Assembly (NCBI GenBank): GCA_028826165.1
Contig: JAPDFW010000056.1
Span: 124,001-188,000 of the forward strand
Length of the DNA stretch: 64,000 nt
Reading direction: 5' to 3'
Source of the DNA: Anaeramoeba ignava BMAN
Taxonomy: Eukaryota > Protista > Anaeramoebae
How positions within the stretch are numbered: position 1 is the first letter of the stretch; every line of letters starts with the position of its first letter. Below the pieces are notes generated by a model. That model did no database searches. It was not told the origin of the DNA and saw only the letters and a list, made by a program, of their open reading frames with translations. Shown here in pieces: positions 29,835-42,726 of the stretch. The position numbers and the translations under genes were made by a program.

Positions 29835-32800
29835 ATGTCTTCAATTCAAAATTATTAATTAAATATCATTTTTGAACATGCACAAATTTTAGTTTGAAAT
29901 ATTTTAAAAAAGGTATTCAAAGTGTTTTAAAGAAGTAATCTAGGACCAAAAGGAACAATAAAAAATAAATATAATAAAATAACCTTAATGAAATTTTAAA
30001 ATTTATTTAAAAATTCATTATTCAAAAATTAAAAATAAATTTTTTAATAAAAATTTATTAAAAAATAATAAATATTGCAAAATATTATAAAATATAATAA
30101 AATAAAAATAAAAAAATAAAATAAAAAATAATAAATATAAAAACTTCAAAAAAATTAAAAAATATAAAAAAATAAAATTAATTTCTTGTATAATAATAAG
30201 GAAAAAAATAATAAAAATTCAAATATCAATAAATTTAAAAATAAATTAAAAAAAATTAAAAATAAAAATGAAAAATTATAAATTAAAAATAAAAATCAAA
30301 ATAAAAAAAAGAAATCTTAAAAAATTCAATTAATTAAAAAACAAAAATAATAAATAACATAATAAATATAAATAATAAATTTAAATATTAAAAAATTAAA
30401 AAAATATTAAATAAAAAATTTTAAAATAAATACAAAGGATAAAAACAAAAAAAAATAAAATTCAAAAAGAAAATATAATACAATTATAAATATAAAAATA
30501 ATAAAAATAATAAATAAAAAGGTTCTTCTAAAATAAAAACATAAAAAATATAAAAAATAAATATAAAAAAAAAATAAATATTTAAAAATAAAATATTCAT
30601 AAATTAAAAAGATGGAAATATAATTTAAATATAAAAAAAATAAAAATATGGAAATATAATAAATAAAAAAATAAAAAAATAAATATAATAAATAAAATAT
30701 AATAAATATAAAATATAAATAAAAATAATAAATATAATAAAAATAAAAATAAAATATAATAAATATAAAATAATATTAAAAAATAAAAAATAAAATAAAA
30801 AAATATAATAAAAAATATAATATAAAATAATAAAATAATAATATATAATATAATAAAATATAATAAAAATAATAACAAAATATAAAATATAATAAAATAT
30901 AAAATAATAAAATAATAAATATAAAAAATATACAAAATATAATAAATATAATAAAATATAATAAAACAAATAAACTAAAATAAATATAACAAAAAATATA
31001 ATAAAAATATAATAAATATAATAAAAACATAAAAAATAATAAAATATAATAAAATAATAAAATAAAAATAATAAAATAAAATAAAACATAATAAATATAA
31101 ATATAAAATAAAATATAATAAATATAAATAAAAATATAATAAATATAAAATATAATAAATATATAAATAATAAATATAATAAAATAATAAATATAATAAA
31201 TATAATAAAATATAATAAAATATAAAAAATAATAAATATATATAATAAAAATAAATAAAAATAAATATAATAAATATAATAAATATAATAAATATAAATA
31301 TAATATAATAAATATAATAAATATAATAAATATAAATATAATAAATATAAATATAATAAATATAAATATAATAAATATAAATATAATAAATATAAAATAT
31401 AATAAATATAATAAATATAAATATAATAAATATAATAAATATAATAAATATAATAAATATAATAAATATAAATATAAATATAAATATAAAATAAATATAA
31501 TAAATATAAATATAATTTCTTAAACTTTGTGTTTTTTTTTTTTGTTAATAATTAGCAAATAACTAATCCAACAGCTGGATTAATTGCAAGAACTGCATCA
31601 TCCCAAGATGATATTACAGGAGATGGAACAACATCATCAATTTTATTAATAGGAGAAATCATGAAACAATCAGAAAGATATTTGATGGAAGGATTGCATC
31701 CAAGAATCATAATCTGATGGAATTAAAATAGCAAGAAGATTTGCAATTGATTTTTTGGATAAATTCAAGATTCAAAAGGAAAATACAAGAGATTTCTTGA
31801 TTGAAGTTGCAAGAACAAGTCTGCGAACAAAACTTAGACAAGATATGGCCGATCAACTCACAGAAATTGTTGTTGATGCTGTTTTAACTATCAAGAAAGA
31901 AGATAAACCTGCTGATCTCCATATGATTGAGATACAAACTATGGAACATAAATTGGATACTGAAAGTCGTTTAGTTAGAGGTCTTGTTCTTGATCATGGC
32001 GCAAGACATCCAAATATGCCAACTAGATTAGAAAATGCATTTATTTTGACTTGCAATGTTTCTTTAGAATATGAAAAAACGTAAAAAAATCAAAATTCAT
32101 TTATAAAATTACAAAATTATAAAATTTAAAAATTATAAAATTATAATTTAAAACAGAGAAATCAACACCTCATTCTCATATTATAATGCAGAACAAAGAG
32201 AACAATTTGTAAAAGCAGAAAGATCATTCGTCGATAAAAAAGTACAAAAAATTATCGATTTAAAACGAAAAGTTTGTGATGGAAATGATAGAGGATTTCT
32301 TGTTGTGAACCAAAAAGGAATCGATCCAATTTCATTAGATTTATTACAAAAAGAAGGAATCATGGCATTACGAAGAGCAAAAAGAAGAAACATGGAAAGA
32401 TTAGAATTGAGCTGTGGAGGAGTTTCTGTGAACTCAGTGGATGATTTAACACCGGATGTGCTTGGAGAAGCAGGATTAGTTTATGAACACGTTTTAGGAG
32501 AAGAAAAATTCACTTTTGTGGAAGATGTAAAACATCCACATTCATGCACAATATTGATTAAAGGACCAAACAAATACACAATCAATCAAATCAAAGATGC
32601 TGTTCGTGATGGTTTGCGTGCAGTGAATAACACGATTCAAGATAAATCAGTTGTTCCAGGTGCAGGCGCCTTTGAATTAGCTTGTTATCAACATTTAATC
32701 AAAGAAAAAGATCGAATTCAAGGAAAAACAAAACTTGGAATTCAAATTTTTGCAGATGCTTTGCTTATTATCCCAAAAGTTCTTGCTGAAAATGGAGGGT

Positions 32801-33045
32801 TTGATACCCAGGAAGTTCTTGTGTCTCTTTTAGATGAACACCAAAAAGGTCATGTTGTTGGAATTGATATGGAAACTGGTGATCCTATTGATCCTCAAAC
32901 TCAAGGCATTTGGGATAATTATAACGTTAAAAAGCAACTTATTCATTCTTCTGCAATTATTTCTTCTCAATTACTTTTGGTTGATGAAATTATTAGTGCT
33001 GGAAAATCTATGCAAAAAGGTCAAGATTCTCAACAAATGATGTGA
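29835..33045 (+). CDS. CCT6: Chaperonin CCT zeta subunit; 5' part corrupted in this sequence
   Basis: MSSIQ... and NLGPKGTIK near 29835-29965 (with indels); [27 protein letters not shown] from 31556; [31 protein letters not shown]; intron 32081-32156; +1 frameshift near 31711. Confidence 0.93.
30000..31515. repeat. Low-complexity A-rich intronic tract resolving to (AATAAATAT)n at its 3' end
   Basis: Directly visible. Confidence 0.8.
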
Positions 33046-33550
33046 TTTTGATTTTGATAATAAATTGAAATCGAAATTCAATTTAAAATTTCAATAAAAA
33101 AATCAAAATTAAATCAAATTAAATTAAATCAAAATTAAAAATCAAAATTCAAATTAAATTAAAAATCAAAATCAAAATTCAAAAAAATCAAAATCAAAAT
33201 CAAAAAATCAATTCAAAATCAAAATCAAAATCAAAATAGAATTAAAAATCAAAATCAAAATCAAAATCAAAATCAAAATTAAATTCAAATTCAATAGAAA
33301 AATTCAAAATTAAATTCAAAATTAAATTCAAATCAAATTAAAATTAAATTCTTTTTTTCTTTTAGAAATTTCTCATTCAATAAATCATCCTAAAATAAAA
33401 CAAAAAAATTTATTAATTTTGAAGGTTTTTTTTCATTCCTAAAATTTGGATTTGTAAAGAAAAGAAAAGAAAAGAAAAGAAAAGAAAAGAAAAGAAAATG
33501 ATAAACTTATTAAAAATTGGAAAGTTAATTTGAAATCTATGAAAAAAAAA

Positions 33551-35248
33551 TTAATTATTTTGATAAGGATGAAAAGAACGAGATCGACCTCTTGGTTGCC
33601 ATGAATAACCTCTTCCTCTTCCTCTTCCTCTTCCTCCTCTTCCTCTTCCTCTTCCTCTACTTCTTCCTCTTCCTCTTCCTTTTGAAAATGGAACATTTGT
33701 TCTTTTTTGAGATACATGAATATTTTTTCCTCTTAATGTAGTTCCTTCTAATGTAAGTGATGTTTCTATTGAATCTAAATTTTCGAATTCAACATAAGCA
33801 AATCTAACAAATAAAAAAGTGGAACAAATATTTTTGAATGAAATCAATATAAAATTCAAAATTAAAACTAAAATTCAATTCCAAATTCAATTCAATTTAA
33901 AATTCAATTCAAAATTCAATTCCAAATTCAATTCCAAATTAAATTCCAAATTAAATTCCAAATTCAATTTAAAATTCAATTCCAAATTCAAATTCAAATT
34001 CAAAATTCAATTCCAAATTCAATTCCAAATTAAAATTAAAATTAAATCCCAAATTCAATTCCAAATTCAATTCCAAATTCAATTTAAAATTAAAATCAAA
34101 ATTCAATTCAAAATTCAATTCCAAATTCAATTCCAAATTAAATTCCAAATTCAATTCAAAATTAAAATTAAAATTAAAATTAAAATTAAAATTAAAATTA
34201 AAATCAAAATCAAAATTGAAATCAAAATTAAAATTAAAATCAAAATTAAAATTAAAATTCAAATTAAAAATTCAATTCCAAATTCAATTTAAAATTCAAA
34301 TTCAATTTAAAATTCAATTCCAAATTCAAATTCAATTCCAAATTCAATTCAAAATTCAAATTCAACTCAAAATTCAATTCAATTCAAATTCAATTCAATT
34401 CCAAATTCAATTCCAAATTCAATTCCAAATTCAATTCAAAATTCAATTAAAATTAAAATTAAAATTAAAAATAAAATTAAAATTAAAAATAAAATTAAAA
34501 TTAAAATTAAAATTAAAATTCAATTTAATAATTGAAATTAAAATTAAAATTAAAATTAAAATCAAAATTAAAATTAAAATTCAAATTAAAAATTCAATTC
34601 CAAATTCAATTTAAAATTCAAATTAAATTTAAAATTCAATTCCAAATTCAAATTCAATTCCAAATTCAAAATTAAAATTAAAATTAAAATTAAATTCCAA
34701 ATTCAATTCAAAATTAAAATTAAAATTAAAATTAAAAATAAAATTAAAATTAAAATTAAATTTAATAATTGAAAATGATATAAAATTAAATAAAAAGAAA
34801 TGGAGAATCAAATACCCTTTAGATTCACCCATTTTATTCTTTCTAATTGTTAATTTTCTAATAGGACCACAAGAAGCAAATAAATCATATAATTCTTGGT
34901 CAGTTGTAGATGGATCAAGATTTCCAACAAAAATAGATTTTGAATCATCAGGAGAATCTATACAAAAAAATATAAGAAACAAAATTATTTAGCCAAATTT
35001 GAGAGAAAGTATTGAGAAAAATATATTTTACCTGAATTGGGTTGGTTCAATTTTATCGATTCTTCTTGTAATTGTTGAAATTTTTCTTCTTCATCTTCAT
35101 CGAAAATACCATCTTTTTGTTTTTGTTTTGTGTCCTCATCTTCTTTGGAATCCTTTTTTTGAGTTTTTGTTGTTTCTTTTTCTTTTTCTTTTTCTTTTTC
35201 TTTTTCTGGTGAAGATTGATTAGATTTTTCAGTTTGTTGAAAAGACAT
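33551..35248 (-). CDS. PABPN1: Nuclear poly(A)-binding protein (PABPN1/Pab2)-like: acidic N-terminus, single RRM, RG-rich tail; 3 exons (35248-35032, 34957-34816, 33803-33551)
   Basis: DSKSIFVGNLD...FASCGPIRKLTI...SKG|FAYVEF...KRTNVP...RGRGRG...FHPY. Confidence 0.88.
33850..34770. repeat. Intronic compound repeat (CCAAATTCAATT)n/(AAAATT)n
   Basis: Fills PABPN1-like intron 2. Confidence 0.92.
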
Positions 35249-35531
35249 AAAAATTAAGAATGAAAAAAAATGAGTTTTAAAAAATTTTTTTTTCCGATTT
35301 TAATTTTAATTTTGAATTTTGATTTTTAATTTTAATTTTTAATTTGAATTTTTAATTTTAATTTTTAATTTTAATTTTAATTTTAATTTTAATTTTAATT
35401 TTAATTTTAATTTTAATTTTAATTTTAATTTTAATTTTAATTTTGAATTTTTAATTTTTAAATTTTAATTTTTAATTTTAATTTTTATTTGATTTGAATT
35501 GAGAAAAAAAATTAATTTGAAAAGAAAAAAA

Positions 35532-36431
35532 TCAATTTGAATCTGAACTAAATTCATCACTTGAAATTTCTTTCTTGGCTCTAACAACAGATTGAACATT
35601 CATTTCTCCAGAATCTGAACTTGTTCCTGAGTCCATTACTTGGAAACTTTGTGAAGGAATTCCTTCATTTCTTGAATCAAGTTCTGAATCAGTTTCATCA
35701 CTTTCAATTTGAATTTTAACAATATTTGGATAATTTTTAGATTCTTTTTTTTTCTTATCAAAAACAACTTTAGCAGATTTTGATTTTGATTTTGAATTTG
35801 ATTTTGATTTTGATTTTGAATTTGATTTTGATTTTGAATTTGAATTTGATTTTGAATTTGATTTTTGATGACTATTTCCAAATCGATAGGGTTTATTTTG
35901 TTTTTGAGAAGGTTTTCTTCTAGAATTTTGTTTTGAAAAATTTAATTGATTTAATTGATTGAATTGATTGAATTGATTTAATTGATTTAAATTATTTGAA
36001 TCATCTGAATCATCTGAATCATTTGAATCATTTGAATTATTTGAATTATTTGAATTATTTGAATTATTTGAATTATTTGAATCATTTGAATCATTTGAAT
36101 CATTTGAATCATTTGGATTATCTAAATCATTTGGATCATCGGATTGTGAATTGGATTCAATATTAAAATCTTTTCTATTACTACTTTTCCTGTTTTTATT
36201 TTTATTTTTCTGATTATTATTATTTTGTTGTTGTGATAAATCATTTTGTTGTTGTTTTATTTGAATTGTGTAATCTTTGATTTCATTAGTTAATTTTGCA
36301 TTTTCTTCAATTAATGTCGCATTTTCAATTTCTAATGTTTGCATTTTGAGTTGAAGGAGATTAATTTCTTGTTCTTTTTCATCAAGAAGTTTATTTAATT
36401 GAAGAATTTGTCCATCTTTTTCAGTTGTCAT
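35532..36431 (-). CDS. Hypothetical protein: N-terminal coiled coil followed by low-complexity S/N/D/K regions
   Basis: 299-aa ATG ORF with a heptad-like pattern; TCATTT motifs upstream. Confidence 0.7.
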   Translation of the reverse strand: MTTEKDGQILQLNKLLDEKEQEINLLQLKMQTLEIENATLIEENAKLTNEIKDYTIQIKQQQNDLSQQQNNNNQKNKNKNRKSSNRKDFNIESNSQSDDPNDLDNPNDSNDSNDSNDSNNSNNSNNSNNSNNSNDSNDSDDSDDSNNLNQLNQFNQFNQLNQLNFSKQNSRRKPSQKQNKPYRFGNSHQKSNSKSNSNSKSKSNSKSKSKSNSKSKSKSAKVVFDKKKKESKNYPNIVKIQIESDETDSELDSRNEGIPSQSFQVMDSGTSSDSGEMNVQSVVRAKKEISSDEFSSDSN

Positions 36432-36813
36432 TTAAATAAAAAAAAAAAGGAGAAGAAAAGAATTAAAAAAAAAATGAAAATGAAAAAAAATGAAAAAAAT
36501 TTTTTCTTTTATTTTCCCTAATTAAGAAAATAATTTTTAATTTGATTTTGATTTTGATTTTAATTTTAATTTTAATTTTAATTTTGATTTTGATTTTAAT
36601 TTTAATTTTAATTTTGATTTTAATTTTTAATTTTAATTTTAATTTTAATTTTGATTTTAATTTTAATTTTAATTTTGATTTTAATTTTAATTTTAATTTT
36701 GATTTTGATTTTAATTTTAATTTTAATTTTAATTTTAATTTTAATTTTAATTTTAATTTTAATTTTGATTTTAAATTGAATTTTTAATTTTAATTTTGAA
36801 TTTGATTTTAATT

Positions 36814-38598
36814 TTAATTTTGATTATTAAATTTGTTAATTAATAAATCAAATAAATTTGGATTTGTTTGATTTAATTGAAAATAATCAATTCCTCTTTC
36901 TAATTCTTCAATTATTTCTTGTGTAATTTGAATTCCTTCTTTAATTTGATTTGAATAAATCCAATATTCAAATATTTGGAATGATTTATTACTTAATTCA
37001 CTATAATCTGTAACTTTATTTGATTTATCTTCTGTTACAGATAAAAACATTCCTCGATATAATTCACTTCTCATTATTAATATTAATTTTGGAAATTTAT
37101 ATTGTTTTTCTTTTCTTTCAATTATAAAATCTTTTCCATTTTCTTTTTCATTTTCATTTAAATAAATTCTTTTCATTGTTTCTTCAATTTTTTCATTTGA
37201 ATTTATAATTTCTTTAATTTCAGAATATAATTTTGGATTTATTATTTTGTTTGAATAAATCATTTCAAATATTTGATTTGATTCTTTAATTGATTTATTT
37301 GAAATAATTTCTTTAAGTTTTTCAATTTCATTTTCATTTTGATTTAATCTATATTTCAATATTAATTTATGAGCTTTGATTATTTCTCCATTTTTGGTTT
37401 TAAATGAAATATCACAAAATTCTTTTCTTCTAAATAATTTTATCAAATCTTCTTCAAGATTGGAAAAAGGAGGAGGAGAATAATAAAGAAATGAATTTCG
37501 ATATCCACAAGAAATATGATAATTGAAAATATTTTCATTAAATCTTAATTTAGGAAGTTCAATTTGAAATGGAATTGATTGAATATTTGTATCTCCAATT
37601 CCTAATTGTCCAGAATAATTATATCCAAATCCAATCAATTTTGAATTAGATGTTAAAATCAAAGTATGATAGCATCCAACAGAACAATCAAGAATACGAT
37701 CTTTTCTGAATAAAGATGATTTGATTTCAGTAAATTCATAAGTATTTCGAAATACATTTTCACCAAGTCCATTAAATCCGTTATCTCCACATGAATAAAG
37801 TTTTCTTTTTAGATTTTCATTTTCAATCAACATTATTGAATGAGACCCTCCACATTGAATATCAATTATTTTACCTTTTGGAATATTTTGGATTTTGGTT
37901 AATTTATTGATTTTTTCTTCTTTTATTCTTGATTCTCCTAATCCGAGTTGACCATATCTATTTAATCCACATCCAAATAATTCTTGATTTAAATTTAAAA
38001 GAAAAACACAATGTGAAGAATTTCCTGAAAATATTTTAGAAACATTTTTCATCATTAAAATTGGTTTTTCTGTTTTTTTAAGTGTTTCAGAATCAAAACC
38101 AAGTTGACCAGAATCATTTGATCCAATTCCATAAACATTTTGATTTGAAGTTAATAAGTAAATCGAAAATATGCCACAAACAATATCTTGAATTATTCTA
38201 TCATTTGTATTTTCAATTAATGATGAAATATTAATAAATTGATTTGGATTTTTTGGATTAATATCATTTCCTTTTGCAAATAGATTTCCTTCTATTGTTA
38301 AAATAGCTTCATTATGACTACCAACAGTTACTTTTTGAATATTTTCTTCAATTTGGATTTTTGAAGGATTTTGATTTGAATCTTTTTCTTCATTTAAATA
38401 TTCTATTGCTTTTCCATTTTCAAAAAGGAAAATTGTTGAAAATCTTCCTGTTGAAATTTGTTTAATTTCATTTTCATTTTCATTTTCATTTTCATTTTCA
38501 TTTTCAAATTTAAATTGAATTGGTTTTTTTATTTCATTTGATTTATTTTTGAAAAGAATTGGGTTTTCATTTAAACCAAAAAATAAAATTTCATTCAT
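36814..38598 (-). CDS. RCC1-repeat propeller + BTB/POZ protein, copy 1 (intact, intronless)
   Basis: G-x-N-x-x-GQLG and I-x-CG-x-x-HS blades; BTB motifs FCDISF...AHKLIL and LILIMRSELYRGMF...FEYWIYS. Confidence 0.92.
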   Translation of the reverse strand: MNEILFFGLNENPILFKNKSNEIKKPIQFKFENENENENENENEIKQISTGRFSTIFLFENGKAIEYLNEEKDSNQNPSKIQIEENIQKVTVGSHNEAILTIEGNLFAKGNDINPKNPNQFINISSLIENTNDRIIQDIVCGIFSIYLLTSNQNVYGIGSNDSGQLGFDSETLKKTEKPILMMKNVSKIFSGNSSHCVFLLNLNQELFGCGLNRYGQLGLGESRIKEEKINKLTKIQNIPKGKIIDIQCGGSHSIMLIENENLKRKLYSCGDNGFNGLGENVFRNTYEFTEIKSSLFRKDRILDCSVGCYHTLILTSNSKLIGFGYNYSGQLGIGDTNIQSIPFQIELPKLRFNENIFNYHISCGYRNSFLYYSPPPFSNLEEDLIKLFRRKEFCDISFKTKNGEIIKAHKLILKYRLNQNENEIEKLKEIISNKSIKESNQIFEMIYSNKIINPKLYSEIKEIINSNEKIEETMKRIYLNENEKENGKDFIIERKEKQYKFPKLILIMRSELYRGMFLSVTEDKSNKVTDYSELSNKSFQIFEYWIYSNQIKEGIQITQEIIEELERGIDYFQLNQTNPNLFDLLINKFNNQN

Positions 38599-38762
38599 TT
38601 TTGAAAAGAAAAAAAATGAAAAAAATGATTTTAATTTTAATTTTAATTTTAATTTTAATTTTAATTTTAATTTTAATTTTAATTTTAATTTTAATTTTAA
38701 TTTTAATTTTAATTTTAATTTTAATTTTAATTTTAATTTTAATTTTAATTTTAATTTTAATT

Positions 38763-38864
38763 TTAATTTTGATTATTAAATTTATTAATTAATAAATCAA
38801 ATAAATTTGGATTTGTTTGATTTAATTGAAAATAATCAATTCCTTTTTGAATTTCATTAATAAT
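38763..38864 (-). pseudogene. Isolated 3' remnant of a further RCC1-BTB copy
   Basis: Translates IINEIQKGIDYFQLNQTNPNLFDLLINKFNNQN*, embedded in (TTTTAA)n. Confidence 0.85.
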
Positions 38865-39046
38865 TTTAATTTTAATTTTTATTTTAATTTTAATTTTAAT
38901 TTTTAATTTTAATTTTAATTTTAATTTTAATTTTAATTTTAATTTTAATTTTGATTTTAATTTTGATTTTGATTTTGATTTTAATTTTAATTTTAATTTT
39001 AATTTTAATTTTAATTTTAATTTTGATTTTAATTTTAATTTTAATT

Positions 39047-40850
39047 TTAATTTTGATTTTGATTTTGATTATTAAATTTGTTAATTAATAAATCAAATAA
39101 ATTTGGATTTGTTTGATTTAATTGAAAATAATCAATTCCTCTTTCTAATTCATTAATAATTTCTTGTGTAATTTGAATTTCATCTTTAATTTGATTTGAA
39201 TAAATCCAATATTCAAATATTTGAAATGATTTATTACTTAATTCACTATAATCTGTAACTTTATTAGAAGTATCATTTGTTACAGATAAAAACATTCCTC
39301 GATATAATTCACTTCTCATTATTAATATTAATTTTGGAAATTTATATTGTTTTTCTTTTCTTTCAATTATAAAATCTTTTTCATTTTCATTTTCATTTTA
39401 ATTTAAATAAATTCTTTTCATTGTTTCTTCAATTTTCTCATTTGAATTTATAATTTCTTTGATTTCAGAATATAATTTTGGATTAATTTTGGAATTATTT
39501 GAATAAATCATTTCAAATATTTGATTTGATTCTTTAATTGATTTATTTTGAAATAATTTCTTTAAGTTTTTCAATTTGATTTTGATTTAATCTATATTTC
39601 AATATTAATTTATGAGCTTCAATTATTTCTCCATTTTCGGTTTTAAATGAAATATTGCAAAATTCTTTTCTTCTAAATAGCTTTATCAAATCTTCTTCAA
39701 GATTGGAAAAAGAAGAAAGAAAAGGAGAATAATAAAGAAATGAAGTATCATTTCCACAAGAAAGATGATAATTAGGAAATATCTTCATTAAATCTTAATT
39801 TAGGAAGTTCAATTTGAATTGGAATTAATTGATCTTTTGTATCTCCAGTTCCTAATTGTCCAAATAAATTATTTCCAAATACTATTAATTTTGAATTGGA
39901 AGTTAAAATCAAAGTATGATAACATCCAACAGAAAAATCAAGAATATTATCATTTTCAAATAAAGATGATTTAATTTCAGTAAATTCATAAATATTTCCT
40001 CCATCTTTTTCAAGTCCAGTATATGAATAAACCCCACATGAATAAAGTTTTCTTTTTGGATTTTCATTTTCATTTTCATTTTCAATCAACATTATTGAAT
40101 GAAAATTTCCACATTTAATATCAATTATTTCACCTTTTGGAATATTTTGGATTTTGGTTAATTTTTGGATTTTTGTTTCTTTTCTTGATTCTCCTAATCC
40201 GATTTGACCATATCTATTTAATCCACATCCAAATAATTCTTGATTTGAAGTTAAAAGAAAAACACGATGTGAATAATCTCCTGAAAATATTTTAGAAACA
40301 TTTTTCATCATTAAAATTGGTTTTTCTGTTTCTTTAAGTGTTTCAGAATCAAAACCAAGTTGACCAAAAAAATTATCACCAATTCCATAAGCATTTTGAT
40401 TTGAAGTTAATAAATAAATTGAAAATATGCCAGAAACAACATCTTGAATTATTCTATCATTTGTATCTTCAATTAATGATGAAATATTGATAAATTCATT
40501 TGGATTTTTGGATTAATATTTTCTCCTTTGGCAAATACATTTCCTTCTATTGTTAAAATAGCTTCATTATGACTACCAACAGTTACTTTTTGAATATTTT
40601 CTTCAATTTGGATTTTTTGAGGATTTTGATTTGAATATTTTTGGTTTAAATATTCTATTGCTTTTCCATTTTTAAAAAGGAAAATTGTTGAAAATTCACC
40701 TGTTGAAATTTGTTTAATTTGTTTTTCATTTTCATTTTCATTTTCATTTTCATTTTCAAATTTAAATTGAATTGGTTTTGTTATTGAATCTGTTTTATTT
40801 TTGATAAGAATTGGATCTTCATTTGAACCAAAAAATAAAATTTCATTCAT
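39047..40850 (-). pseudogene. RCC1-BTB copy 2, disrupted (3 frameshifts and 1 in-frame TAA)
   Basis: Full-length homology split by indels near 40505, 39776 and 39547, and by GAA>TAA near 39399. Some lesions may be sequencing errors. Confidence 0.75.
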
Positions 40851-40897
40851 TTTTGAAAAGAAAAATGAAAAATTTTTAAAAATTAAACAATTTGAAT

Positions 40898-42694
40898 TTA
40901 ATTTTGATTTTGATTTTGATTTTGATTATTAAATTTGTTAATTAATAAATCAAATAAATTTGGATTTGTTTGATTTAATTGAAAATAATCAATTCCTCTT
41001 TCTAATTCTTCAATTATTTCTTGTGTAATTTGAATTTCATCTTTAATTTGATTTGAATAAATCCAATATTCAAATATTTGGAATGATTTATTACTTAATT
41101 CACTATAATCTTCAACTTTATTTGATTTATCTTCAGTTACAGATAAAAACATTCCTCGATATAATTCACTTCTCATTATTAATATTAATTTTGGAAATTT
41201 ATATTTATTTTCTTTTCTTTCAATTATAAAATCTTTTTCATTTTCATTTTCATTTAAATAAATTCTTTTCATTGTTTCTTCAATTTTTTCATTTGAATTT
41301 ATAATTTCTTTAATTTCAGAATATAATTTTGGATTTATTATTTTGTTTGAATAAATCATTTCAAATATTTGATTTGATTCTTTAATTGATTTATTTGAAA
41401 TAATTTCTTTAAGTTTTTCAATTTCATTTTGATTTTGATTTAATCTATATTTCAATATTAATTTATGAGCTTCAATTATTTCTCCATTTTCGGTTTTAAA
41501 TGAAATATCACAAAATTCTTTTCTTCTAAATAATTTTATCAAATCTTCTTCAAGATTGGAAAAAGAAGAAGAAGAATAATAAATAAATGATTTTCTAGAT
41601 CCACAAGAAAGATGATAATTAGAAATATTTTCATTAAATCTTAATTCAGGAAGTTCAATTTGAATTGGATTTGATTGATCATTTGTATCTTCAGTTCCTA
41701 ATTGACCATATTCATTGTTTCCAAATGCTATTAATTTTGAATTGGAAGTTAAAATCAAAGTATGATAACATCCAACAGAACAATCAAGAATATTATCATT
41801 TTCAAATAAAGATGATTTGATTTCAGTAAATTCATAAGTATTTCGAAATACATTTTCGCCAAGTCCATTAAATCCGTTATGGCCACATGAATAAAGTTTT
41901 CTTTTTAGATTTTGATTTTCATTTTCATTTTCAATTAACATTATTGAATGTAAACTTCCACATTGAATATCAATTATTTTACCTTTTGGAATATTTTGGA
42001 TTTTGGTTAATTTATTGATTTTTTCTTCTTTTATTCTTGGTTCTCCTAATCCGAGTTGACCATATCTATTTAATCCACATCCAAATAATTCTTGATTTAA
42101 ATTTAAAAGAAAAACACAATGTGAAGAATTTCCTGAAAATATTTTAGAAACATTTTTCATCATTAAAATTGGTTTTTCTGTTTTTTTAAGTGTTTCAGAA
42201 TCAAAACCAAGTTGACCAGAATCATTTGATCCAATTCCATAAACATTTTGATTTGAAGTTAATAAGTAAATCGAAAATATGCCACAAACAACATCTTGAA
42301 TTATTCTATCATTTGTATTTTCAATTAATGATGAAATATTAATAAATTGATTTGGATTTTTTGGATTAATATCATTTCCTTTTGCAAATACATTTCCTTC
42401 TATTGTTAAAATAGCTTCATTATGACTACCAACAGTTACTTTTTGAATATTTTCAATTTGGATTTTTTGAGGATTTTGATTTGAATATTTTTGGTTTAAA
42501 TATTCTATTGCTTTTCCATTTTTAAAAAGGAAAATTGTTGAAAATTCACCTGTTGAAATTTGTTTAATTTCATTTTCATTTTCATTTTCATTTTCATTTT
42601 CAAATTTAAATTGAATTGGTTTTGTTATTGAATCTGTTTTATTTTTGATAAGAATTGGATCTTCATTTGAACCAAAAAATAAAATTTCATTCAT
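40898..42694 (-). CDS. RCC1-BTB copy 3 (intact, intronless)
   Basis: ATG at 42694 (MNEILFFG) by homology with the other copies. Confidence 0.92.
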   Translation of the reverse strand: MNEILFFGSNEDPILIKNKTDSITKPIQFKFENENENENENEIKQISTGEFSTIFLFKNGKAIEYLNQKYSNQNPQKIQIENIQKVTVGSHNEAILTIEGNVFAKGNDINPKNPNQFINISSLIENTNDRIIQDVVCGIFSIYLLTSNQNVYGIGSNDSGQLGFDSETLKKTEKPILMMKNVSKIFSGNSSHCVFLLNLNQELFGCGLNRYGQLGLGEPRIKEEKINKLTKIQNIPKGKIIDIQCGSLHSIMLIENENENQNLKRKLYSCGHNGFNGLGENVFRNTYEFTEIKSSLFENDNILDCSVGCYHTLILTSNSKLIAFGNNEYGQLGTEDTNDQSNPIQIELPELRFNENISNYHLSCGSRKSFIYYSSSSFSNLEEDLIKLFRRKEFCDISFKTENGEIIEAHKLILKYRLNQNQNEIEKLKEIISNKSIKESNQIFEMIYSNKIINPKLYSEIKEIINSNEKIEETMKRIYLNENENEKDFIIERKENKYKFPKLILIMRSELYRGMFLSVTEDKSNKVEDYSELSNKSFQIFEYWIYSNQIKDEIQITQEIIEELERGIDYFQLNQTNPNLFDLLINKFNNQNQNQNQN

Positions 42695-42726
42695 TTTTGA
42701 AAAGAAAAAAATGAAAAAAAAATTTT

